Assembly (NCBI GenBank): GCA_031362565.1
Contig: JANLSU010000103.1
Coordinates: 43,321 to 107,320, forward strand
Reading direction: 5' to 3'
DNA: 64,000 nt
DNA from: a bacterium
GTDB taxonomy: Bacteria; Krumholzibacteriota; Krumholzibacteriia; G020349025
Positions 46,456 to 54,896 of the stretch are shown in pieces (within the stretch, counting starts at the first letter, position 1; each line of letters begins with the position of its first letter). The position numbers were made by a program, and so were the translations under genes. The notes beneath the pieces were generated by a model. The model saw only the letters and a list, made by a program, of their open reading frames with translations, searched no databases and was not told the DNA's origin.

Positions 46456-47024
46456 AACACGCTCAGTTGCGACACCATGTGCACGTCGAGCTTGGATACA
46501 CTGCAGGTGCCTTGCATCGTCTGTGCGGACTGCGGATTCCACGTCCAGTCGAGCCCCATGACGAGATGCTTCGACGTGAACAGGTCGAGAACCCGCTGGT
46601 CCATGTCGATCCGGATCGCCCCCGGCGTGACCGCGGCCGGCTGCAAGTCGGTGTCGAGCGTCGCGACCGGCGCCGTCGAGTACACCGTCGATGCGTCGTC
46701 TCCGAAGTAGACGGTGAAATTCCCCTGGCCCTGGCCGGTCTGATTGTCATAGAGCAGCCCGATGTCCAGCGACGCCGCCTCGGCGGTGCCGAAATCGGCG
46801 AAGCCCTCCACGAGGTTGATCGGCACTGCCGGCAGCCGCACGCTGAAGGGCAGCAACGACGGTGCCGAGTACGGCTGTTGCGCTTGCGACGCATCCATGA
46901 AGCTGAGTGCATCGACGTTCAGCAGGACGCGATTCTTACCGCAGCCCGTGCCGACCAGGGCGGTGAGTGCCAGGGCGCCGAGCGCCGCGCATTGCATCCG
47001 GCCCGCGAATCGAGTGATTTTCAT
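46452..47024 (-). CDS. Hypothetical lipoprotein
   Basis: LALTALVGTGC lipobox. GGAGG RBS. Confidence 0.75.
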   Translation of the reverse strand: MKITRFAGRMQCAALGALALTALVGTGCGKNRVLLNVDALSFMDASQAQQPYSAPSLLPFSVRLPAVPINLVEGFADFGTAEAASLDIGLLYDNQTGQGQGNFTVYFGDDASTVYSTAPVATLDTDLQPAAVTPGAIRIDMDQRVLDLFTSKHLVMGLDWTWNPQSAQTMQGTCSVSKLDVHMVSQLSVF

Positions 47025-47090
47025 TTCAAAGCCCTCCCGTGGCTCGAGGCGCGGCACAGCCAATCGCGTTGGCGCGCCGCGGCACCTTGA

Positions 47091-48437
47091 TCAGCGAATG
47101 GCCAGCGATGTACCGAGCGTCATGCCGCGCTCGCCGGTGACCGTATGATTGTGCGTTTGAAAGCCGAGATCGAAGCAGACGTGTGCCAGGCCGAGCCCCG
47201 CACCCCAGGCGTACTGCACCTTCGAGTTGTCGTCGGTGAGCATGCCGCCGCGCATGGCGAGGATGCCCAGCTTGCGCTCCGCGCCGACGTGCATCTCGGT
47301 GCCCCAACGGTTCGTGGTCAAGTCGGCGGCCAGCAAGGTGCGGTGGCCCGTCCACGCGACGTTGAGTGTCGTTTGCTGCGGCAGCTTGCTCGTGTAAGGC
47401 TCGCTGTCGGACAGCGTTTCGGTGACGACCTCGCCGGTCACGTCGTCGAGATACGAGTGATCGACTTGGGTCCCGCTCCAGTGCACGCTCGAGCCGAGGT
47501 CGCGCAGGCCGAGCCCGATGTCGAAACCGCCCATGCGATAGGCGACACCGGTATCGAAGCCGACGCCGTTGCCGATCTTCCCGAAGCGCGACACGCGGGT
47601 CGTGGCGTCGTAGCCGACATTCATCGGGTCGCTGTCCCCGAAGATCGTGTCGCCGGTGGCGAGCGAAAATTGGGTATCGGCCTTCCCGAGTCCAAAACCC
47701 ATGATGTACTTGGTGTAAGCCCCCAAGTAGAACCCGTCGCCGTTGGGATGTCCCCAGCCACCGCCGGAGTAACCGACGTTGAACGACGCGCCGGCCATCG
47801 TCTCGCCATTCGCGGTCATGGTGTACTCGCGGTTGGGGAGCAGCGCCTCGCCTTGGGTCAAGACACCAAAGAGGGCGTTGTCGAAAGCGATGCGTCCTTC
47901 GAGCGTCACCACCGGAGCGAAATACGTGCGGGCCCCGAGCAAGCCCAGTCCGAACAGCGGCCGCGCGTACATCGATCCGACATTCAACGGCTCCTGCGGC
48001 AGCAGGGTGCGCGCGTCGGCAATGTCGATTGCAAAGGAGTTCCGGGCGATGGTCAGCGAAATGTCGCCGTCGAGCGGGTCGGCGTTGCCCGTCTCCATGA
48101 AGAACGGCGGATTGATCGCCAGGTTGGCGATGCGCGTCACGCTGAAATTCGGGTCGTTGGCGTCGAATGTCGGGAAGTCCTGGGCCAACTGGATGAGGCC
48201 GAGCGGCAGCGGAATCACGAAGCCGCGGCCATCACGCCGTGAAGGCATGGTTTGGTATGCGACGTTGGCGGATGCGAGATCGCGGCCGCCTGGAACGAAG
48301 GGGCTGCCCATGCCGAGCCGCCGCGCATCGGTAGTGAAAGCGGCGGCGGGAGCTGCGAATGCAAACAGGCTCGCCGCGGCGAGCGCCAACTGTGCAGCGA
48401 CGCAGGCGCGTCGCGCGGTGCGGTCCCGATCCATCAT
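47091..48437 (-). CDS. Outer membrane beta-barrel protein (FadL/TraF/DUF5723-like)
   Basis: Signal peptide, DARRLGMG, GVGFDTG, GLRDLG and alternating beta strands. Confidence 0.7.
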   Translation of the reverse strand: MMDRDRTARRACVAAQLALAAASLFAFAAPAAAFTTDARRLGMGSPFVPGGRDLASANVAYQTMPSRRDGRGFVIPLPLGLIQLAQDFPTFDANDPNFSVTRIANLAINPPFFMETGNADPLDGDISLTIARNSFAIDIADARTLLPQEPLNVGSMYARPLFGLGLLGARTYFAPVVTLEGRIAFDNALFGVLTQGEALLPNREYTMTANGETMAGASFNVGYSGGGWGHPNGDGFYLGAYTKYIMGFGLGKADTQFSLATGDTIFGDSDPMNVGYDATTRVSRFGKIGNGVGFDTGVAYRMGGFDIGLGLRDLGSSVHWSGTQVDHSYLDDVTGEVVTETLSDSEPYTSKLPQQTTLNVAWTGHRTLLAADLTTNRWGTEMHVGAERKLGILAMRGGMLTDDNSKVQYAWGAGLGLAHVCFDLGFQTHNHTVTGERGMTLGTSLAIR

Positions 48438-48561
48438 GCAATTCCCTTCGCCTAGCCAAGGCGCGTCCCGCGCCCTCCGTTCGCACGACAGGCTCACGGC
48501 GCGTGACAATCGAGCGTCCACGCACCCTTTCCACAATGCCGTGTCGGCCAGGAGTGAACTC

Positions 48562-48577
48562 GGCAATGCGCATGCCA
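48562..48577 (-). promoter_or_regulatory. Candidate sigma54 promoter for the barrel-lipoprotein pair
   Basis: TGGCATGCGCATTGCC, GG-N10-GC, intergenic. Confidence 0.6.
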
Positions 48578-48646
48578 GAGCCCAATATTCGTGCGGCGCG
48601 CGTGTGCTATCGTGACGTGGAGCGGAGTTGCGCAAGGGGGCAGGTC

Positions 48647-48856
48647 ATGGCGAAACGATTCCAGCGCATCACGTCCGGAAAAAAAATCGCCGGTGTGTGT
48701 ACAGGGTTGGCGGATTACTTCAACTTGGATGTCACGCTCATCCGGGTCCTGTTCATCGTCTTGTGTGCCGCATACGGTGCGACGCTGTTGGCGTACCTCA
48801 TTCTGTGGATGGTGGCGCCGGTCGCGCCTGGAGAAGCGGCTCCGCCCCGCGAGTGA
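48647..48856 (+). CDS. pspC: PspC domain protein
   Basis: KKIAGVCTGLADYFNLDVTLIRV...LAYLILWMVAP. Confidence 0.9.
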   Translation: MAKRFQRITSGKKIAGVCTGLADYFNLDVTLIRVLFIVLCAAYGATLLAYLILWMVAPVAPGEAAPPRE

Positions 48857-49047
48857 CGCCGTGGTGGTGACGTCCGCACACGCCGCCGTCGTCGCCCGGA
48901 CAACCGCCACGCCCGCTTCGGCCCGCAGCACCGCTTGGCGCGGCTGACACAAGTCCACGCTTCGCAGCGACTTGCAGCAATGACCCCAGGATCGAGCCAT
49001 GCCGGACCCGGACCTGCAATGACGCCTTGCGTCATGGGAGGTTCGAG

Positions 49048-49773
49048 ATGCGATTCGCTTCGAAATGGTGTCTTTGCCTGGCGCTCTTGGCGGCGCTCCC
49101 GGCGCTCGCCGCCGCCAATCCGCATGAGCCGGAGTTCGGTTGGCGGCATCGCGAGCGGCGCCGGGAGTCCTTCGGGCCCGCGCAAGGGTACGTCGCGGTC
49201 AAGGGCGGCGGGCTCGCGCTTGGCGCGGCCGGCGCGACAGGCGGTACCTATGTTGGTGTCGAAACCGGCATCACGGCCTCCGAGGTTCTGGACGTCGGGT
49301 TCTCGGTCGACTATTTCCATCGCCGGAGCCGCGACCTGGACGTCTGGTTCGAAACCGACCATGGGTTCGATCCACCGGTGCGCGGCGAAATCACCCGCTT
49401 CGAGTCGTCGGCGGACTTCGTGCCGATCGGCGTCACGGCGCGTCTGCGGCTGCCGACCGGCACCCAAGCCTGCAGGCCCTTCGTGGCGGCGACTCTTGCC
49501 TACGAGGTGTTGCATCTGTCGTTCTTCGATCGCAACGCACCAGTGCGCCCCTATGACAACATCCTCACCAACGACGAAACGTTCATGGGATTCGGCTGGC
49601 AGGCATCCGCCGGCGTCGACTTTGGGCTGGCACCGGGTGTCGGCGTCTTCGGCGAGCTGGGACTGCACCGCGGGACGCCGTCGCAGGCCGTCGAGGTGAA
49701 CGGTGATCCAGTGGATTTGCGCGTCCAGATGAACGGCGCTTTTCTGCGCGGCGGTGTGCGTGTCGCCCTTTGA
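49048..49773 (+). CDS. Small outer membrane beta-barrel protein
   Basis: Signal peptide, RPFV, GFGWQASAGVDF and C-terminal FLRGGVRVAL. GGAGG RBS. Confidence 0.75.
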   Translation: MRFASKWCLCLALLAALPALAAANPHEPEFGWRHRERRRESFGPAQGYVAVKGGGLALGAAGATGGTYVGVETGITASEVLDVGFSVDYFHRRSRDLDVWFETDHGFDPPVRGEITRFESSADFVPIGVTARLRLPTGTQACRPFVAATLAYEVLHLSFFDRNAPVRPYDNILTNDETFMGFGWQASAGVDFGLAPGVGVFGELGLHRGTPSQAVEVNGDPVDLRVQMNGAFLRGGVRVAL

Positions 49774-49891
49774 CGCCGGTCCGCCGGCGCAAGGGGCGGC
49801 GCAATCGGCCCCTTGAGTCCGGCGCCGGGTAGCTTACAATCCCCCCCCAGGCAGCCCCCGTGGGCAAGCCTAGTCCTAAAGGGGAGGATGC

Positions 49892-51379
49892 ATGCGCACG
49901 AGAAGGAAGGCACGGATCGCCTGGCTCGCGTTGGTCGTACTGGCGATCGGTTTCGTCTCGTGCGCGGTCAATCCGGTCACGGGGCGGCGGCAGTTGAGCC
50001 TGTTGTCCGAGTCACAAGAGATCGCCCTCGGCACCGAATCGGATCCGCAAATCATCGCCGAGTACGGCCTCTACGACGATCCGCAGGTGCAAGCCTACGT
50101 CGATGCGGTCGGCCAGAAGATGGCGCATTTATCGCATCGGCCGAACTTGAAGTTCACGTTCCGGGTTCTCGACTCACCGGTCATCAATGCGTTCGCGTTG
50201 CCGGGTGGTTACATTTATATCACGCGCGGCATTCTGGCCCACATGAACAACGAGGCCGAGCTCGCCATGGTCGTCGGCCACGAGATCGGCCATGTGACGG
50301 CCCGGCATGGCGCTGAGCAGTACACCCGCCAGCAGATCGCCGGGATCGGGCTCGGCATCGGCTCGGTCTTGAGTGAGCGCGTGGCGCAGTTCGGCGGTGC
50401 GGCGCAGCAAGCGCTCGGGCTCATGTTCCTCAAGTACGGACGTGATGACGAGAATCAGGCCGACGACCTTGGCGTCGAGTACGCGTTGCGCGCCGGCTAC
50501 GACGCCGAAGCCGGCGCCCACTTCTTCGAAGTGCTCGATCGCCAGAGCAAGGAGTCCGGGTCGTCGATGCCGGAATGGCTGTCGACCCATCCGGCTCCCG
50601 AGGGCCGCATTACCCACACGCATGATCTCGCGGTGGCGCGCAAGCCGGAGCACCCGGATGCGACGCGGATCGGCGAAGCCGGCCACAAATCGCATGTGGA
50701 CGGCATGATCTTTGGTGACGATCCGCGCCAGGGCTTCATGGACGGCAATGTGTTCAAGCACCCGGCACTGCGTTTCCAGCTCGAACTGCCGAGCGGTTGG
50801 CAAGTTCAGAACACGCCGAACGCGGTGTTGGCGGGGGCGCCGGATCAGAAGGCCGTGCTGCAAATGACGCTCGAGAAGAGTGGCGGCGTGGGGCCGGCCG
50901 AGTATGCGGCCAAACTCGCGCAGTCCGCGAAGGCGACGATCGCGCAAGCCACCGCGGAACGAGTCCACGGCAGCGATGCCTATGTCGCCATTCTCAATGT
51001 GACCGATAACGCTGGTGCCGTGGCGTCGGTGCAGGCGGGATTCGTGCAGCGTGAACGGGGTGGTCCCATCTATCAGATCATCGGCCAGGCGGCGCCCGAC
51101 GCGTTTGCGTCGTATCGCGACAGCTTCGTACACACGATTCGCAGCTTGCAGACGCTTCAGGAGACGGCGGCGTTGCAGATTCAACCGAACCGCGTCAAAC
51201 TCGAAACGATTCGTGGGGCGACGACGCTGTCCCAGGCGTTCGACCGGGCCGGCTCGGTGCCGGTGCCGGTTGCGACGATTGCCCTCGTGAACAACCTTGC
51301 GCCGGCTTCGACGCTCAAAGCCGGGTTCCAGCTCAAACTCGTGCAGGGCGCGTACCGGCCGAAATCGAGCGCCCATTGA
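49892..51379 (+). CDS. M48 family metalloprotease lipoprotein (BepA/YfgC-like) with a C-terminal extension
   Basis: Lipobox FVSC, NAFALPGG, HEIGH, E..AD and STHP. Confidence 0.9.
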   Translation: MRTRRKARIAWLALVVLAIGFVSCAVNPVTGRRQLSLLSESQEIALGTESDPQIIAEYGLYDDPQVQAYVDAVGQKMAHLSHRPNLKFTFRVLDSPVINAFALPGGYIYITRGILAHMNNEAELAMVVGHEIGHVTARHGAEQYTRQQIAGIGLGIGSVLSERVAQFGGAAQQALGLMFLKYGRDDENQADDLGVEYALRAGYDAEAGAHFFEVLDRQSKESGSSMPEWLSTHPAPEGRITHTHDLAVARKPEHPDATRIGEAGHKSHVDGMIFGDDPRQGFMDGNVFKHPALRFQLELPSGWQVQNTPNAVLAGAPDQKAVLQMTLEKSGGVGPAEYAAKLAQSAKATIAQATAERVHGSDAYVAILNVTDNAGAVASVQAGFVQRERGGPIYQIIGQAAPDAFASYRDSFVHTIRSLQTLQETAALQIQPNRVKLETIRGATTLSQAFDRAGSVPVPVATIALVNNLAPASTLKAGFQLKLVQGAYRPKSSAH

Positions 51380-51484
51380 GGCCGTGAGCGGGGCGGCGGA
51401 ATTGCCGGTGCTCCCCTCCGGGTGCATGAGCTAGTCTGGGAAAGAACGCAGCGCGGGCCCCCCCGCCGGAACCGAGGAGATTTC

Positions 51485-52441
51485 GTGCGCGCGATCGCCA
51501 TGCGGCCACGCGGCTTCTGTGCCGGTGTCGACCGCGCCATCGACATCGTCGAGGAAGCCCTGCAGCTCTTCCCAGCGCCGATCTACGTGCGCAAGGAAAT
51601 CGTTCACAACCGCGCCGTGGTGGAAGGGTTTCGCGCCCGCGGCGTCATCTTCGTCGACGCGCTGAGCGAGGTGCCGAACGGCACGGTGGTGATCTTCAGT
51701 GCCCACGGCGTGTCGCCGGCGGTGCAGGACGAAGCCCGGCAACGCCACCTGCAGGTCATCGACGCGACCTGTCCGCTGGTCACCAAGGTGCATTTCGAAG
51801 TGCGGCGGTTCGTGAAACAGGGCTATGACATCGTCCTCATCGGGCACGAGGGGCACGACGAAGTCTTGGGCACGACCGGCGAGGCGCCCGAACATATCTT
51901 TCTGGTCGGCAGCGTCGACGACGTCGAGCATCTCACGGTGCCGCAGACCGAACGCCTGGTGTATTTGACGCAAACGACGTTGTCGGTCGACGAGACGGTC
52001 GAGATCGTCGCGGCGCTGCGCCGCAAGTTTCCGAAGCTGACGCGGCCGCCGAAGGACGACATCTGCTATGCGACCCAGAACCGCCAGGAAGCGGTCAAGG
52101 CCATGGTGGCCGCGGGTGCCGACTTGGTGCTCGTCGTGGGATCCGAAACCAGTTCGAACTCGATTCGCCTCTGCGAAGTTGCACACGAGCGCGGGGCGCG
52201 CGCCCACCTCATCGATTCGGTCGGCGACATCGACCCGGCGTGGATCGAGGGCGCCCAGGTCGTTGGTGTGACCGCTGGGGCGTCGGCACCCGAGCACCTC
52301 GTGCAGGATGTTCTGGCGTGGTTGCAAGCGCGCGGCGCGGTGGTCGAGGAGTCCGAGATCATCCGCGAGGATGTGCATTTCGCGCTGCCCCCCGAGTTGG
52401 TCGCCGCGCGGCGTGCCGCCGTCGCGGCCAATCGAACCTGA
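51485..52441 (+). CDS. ispH: 4-hydroxy-3-methylbut-2-enyl diphosphate reductase
   Basis: GFCAGV, IVHN, SAHG, DATCPLV, DICYATQNRQ, SSNS and TAGASAP. GTG start after GAGGAG. Confidence 0.96.
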   Translation: MRAIAMRPRGFCAGVDRAIDIVEEALQLFPAPIYVRKEIVHNRAVVEGFRARGVIFVDALSEVPNGTVVIFSAHGVSPAVQDEARQRHLQVIDATCPLVTKVHFEVRRFVKQGYDIVLIGHEGHDEVLGTTGEAPEHIFLVGSVDDVEHLTVPQTERLVYLTQTTLSVDETVEIVAALRRKFPKLTRPPKDDICYATQNRQEAVKAMVAAGADLVLVVGSETSSNSIRLCEVAHERGARAHLIDSVGDIDPAWIEGAQVVGVTAGASAPEHLVQDVLAWLQARGAVVEESEIIREDVHFALPPELVAARRAAVAANRT

Positions 52442-52474
52442 CGACCCTCTCGACGACGCTCGATAGTTGACGAG

Positions 52475-53554
52475 CTACGGTACAGGTTCCCCCGTCAACA
52501 CCCGCGCCGCCTGGGCTGAATCTGCCATCGCAATCAGCAAGGGCATGAGCGCCCGAGCCACCTTGTCGTGCCCCGCCGGCCGCCAGTGCGTGTCACGTTG
52601 GAAGTAATCGCTGGGCGCAAGAATGTTGCGGCCATCGACGCAGCTTGCACCCCATTCCCGTACGTCGCCGGCCGTGAGCGGGAAATTGGTCAGCATCTCG
52701 CCGCTCGGGATCACGAACACCACAGGCGCGACGGCGTCTTGTCGCAGTTCCAGCAAGAACTGCCGGAATAGGGCGCGCGTCAGGTTGACGGCATGTGCCG
52801 TCGGGGTATTGAAGGTGCGCATCGCATGCGATCGCAATAGCGATGCCTGTACCAACAACGACAGCCGGTTGCGGATGACGTTCCACAACTGCGAGTGCTC
52901 GAAGAGCCAGCGGGTGGGTGGAAATGCGTAAATGTTTGCGCCGGCGGAAATGCCCGGCAGGTAAGTACGGCCCGTACGCACGGCCCGGCCGTCGGAATCG
53001 ATGCCGAACAAGCTGGCGACATCGTTGTTGCCGAGGTCGTTGCTGAAGTAGAAGAGGACCGCGGCATCGGGCGCAAACCGGCGCACCTTGTTCTCATAGT
53101 TCAAGAGTTCCTCGGCTTGGCCGTAGCCGGGAACTCCGAAGTTGAGGACGGCGTATTTGCGTCCGCGCTGCCGATTGAGTGCGCCCTCGAGCCGCGCCGC
53201 CACGGTCTCGCTATCCTGTACCCCGAAGCCAAACACGAACGAGTCGCCGATGAGCGCGATCCGGTACACGCCTTGCTGTTTGCCGGGTGCGTAGTCGCGG
53301 CGGTAGTCACGCATGCCGTCGCGGTTCGTGGTCACGGCGATGGCATATTCTCCGGGCGCCGTGTGGCGCGTCCGAACGCCAGGCATATTGTCGCGCACTC
53401 CGTATCCGGCATCGAACACGAATCGTGGCAGGATCGGTTCGCGCAAGGCGAGCCGCACCAGCGCTTCTCCGGCCAGGAGCGCCGTGCCGGTGGACGCCAA
53501 CATCAGCAGGACGGCCGCTGTCCGCCGGGTTTTGCGGCGCGGATTCGCGCTCAC
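52475..53554 (-). CDS. Membrane-anchored SGNH/GDSL hydrolase-like protein
   Basis: TM helix, IGDSF, NFGVPGYG, ND and DTHW. GTGA overlap with the upstream stop. Confidence 0.8.
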   Translation of the reverse strand: MSANPRRKTRRTAAVLLMLASTGTALLAGEALVRLALREPILPRFVFDAGYGVRDNMPGVRTRHTAPGEYAIAVTTNRDGMRDYRRDYAPGKQQGVYRIALIGDSFVFGFGVQDSETVAARLEGALNRQRGRKYAVLNFGVPGYGQAEELLNYENKVRRFAPDAAVLFYFSNDLGNNDVASLFGIDSDGRAVRTGRTYLPGISAGANIYAFPPTRWLFEHSQLWNVIRNRLSLLVQASLLRSHAMRTFNTPTAHAVNLTRALFRQFLLELRQDAVAPVVFVIPSGEMLTNFPLTAGDVREWGASCVDGRNILAPSDYFQRDTHWRPAGHDKVARALMPLLIAMADSAQAARVLTGEPVP

Positions 53555-54765
53555 GGTGCGCGCCGCGGCGCTTGCACGACTCGGAACGGTTGCGACCACG
53601 CCATCTGCATCCAGGTGTTGTGTGGAGCAACCACCGGACCACCGCGGGCTTCGATGCGGACGTAGCCCGCGTCGCCGGCGATCGCATACTCGGCGTGATC
53701 CGCATCGAAGACTTGCAGCACGCGGCCACCGCTACCGATGGCGCGGATCTGCAACGCATCCGGAACGCGCACCTCGAGCGTCGCGCCGGTAAGCCGCAGT
53801 TCCTGGAATTCGAGCCCGGTGCTGGCGTAGAAGGCGCCGCGGTGCAGGGCGTCCAGAAAACCCGCTGCTGTGGGCTCGAGGCACAACACCACGTCGAAGG
53901 CGACGAATGGATACTGTTCGGCGGCACCGGGATACTGATGTGCGTCGTCGTTCGCCAGCCCCCACAACACGTGTCCCTGGGTGAGGAGTGAATCCCAAAG
54001 AGGCGTCGCGTCCGCGACCTGGGCGCCGGTCAGCCGGACACCATTCATGATCTCGAGACCCTCGAACTCGTCGAGCGGCAGGCCACGGGCGAAACGCGTC
54101 GCGAGGCCGTTGGCGTCGCCCGGGTGTGCGATATAGGCGAATCCACCTGCGTCGCGCGAGCGCGCCAGCCACTCGTATCCGGGCTGTGGCGGGTCGACGG
54201 CGCCTGGCGGAAAGCCGACGAGTCCAAAATGCGCCCCGAAGTAGCCCCACGACGCCTCGAATCCCGACAACACGATCGGGACGTCGGTGATGCGGGTGCC
54301 GGGAGGACGGAACCAGCGGTCTTTGCAGTAGTCCGGTGGTTGCACCGTCCAGTCCCGGACATAGGCTTCGACGCCGCTGCCGTAGATGTGCTCGGGGTGG
54401 GCGGTGCCGTTGTTGTTCCAGTCGTGCAGCACGGAGTCGGCTTGGAATGCTGCCAAGCGGCCGCCATCCTGGTCGCCGTACTGGTTGTGGTCCGTGATCG
54501 CGATCGCGCCGTAACCGGCGCTCCGATAGGCCTCGGCAAGCTCCGCTGCGGTCATCAAGCCGTGGCTATGTGTGCTGTGGAGGTGGAGGTTCGCCTTGTA
54601 CCAGGTGCCGCCGCCTGCATAGGGATCGTGAATAGTGACCGGCACTGGATTGGGGTGGACCGCTGGGTCACTGCACCCCGCTAGGAGGATGAGCGCACCA
54701 CTGGCCGCCGCCCGCCGGCCCAGCGCCGAGCCGCGCGAACGCACCGCGCTGGTTCCGAAGCCCAA
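53551..54765 (-). CDS. PHP-domain metallohydrolase lipoprotein (CehA/McbA-like)
   Basis: LLAGC lipobox, WYKANLHLHS, ITDHN, AHP, LEIMN, DDAH and GAFYAS. Confidence 0.82.
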   Translation of the reverse strand: MGFGTSAVRSRGSALGRRAAASGALILLAGCSDPAVHPNPVPVTIHDPYAGGGTWYKANLHLHSTHSHGLMTAAELAEAYRSAGYGAIAITDHNQYGDQDGGRLAAFQADSVLHDWNNNGTAHPEHIYGSGVEAYVRDWTVQPPDYCKDRWFRPPGTRITDVPIVLSGFEASWGYFGAHFGLVGFPPGAVDPPQPGYEWLARSRDAGGFAYIAHPGDANGLATRFARGLPLDEFEGLEIMNGVRLTGAQVADATPLWDSLLTQGHVLWGLANDDAHQYPGAAEQYPFVAFDVVLCLEPTAAGFLDALHRGAFYASTGLEFQELRLTGATLEVRVPDALQIRAIGSGGRVLQVFDADHAEYAIAGDAGYVRIEARGGPVVAPHNTWMQMAWSQPFRVVQAPRRAP

Positions 54766-54896
54766 CGACCCTCCGCCTTGTCACGGGCCAGGCGAAAAGA
54801 ACCTTGCAAATTGACCCCGGTTTGTCAATATTTCGGCCAGCCTGTCGATTCCAAAGTGGCGCGCCGCGACCGTGCGTTACGCGCCGAAAGGCGAGC

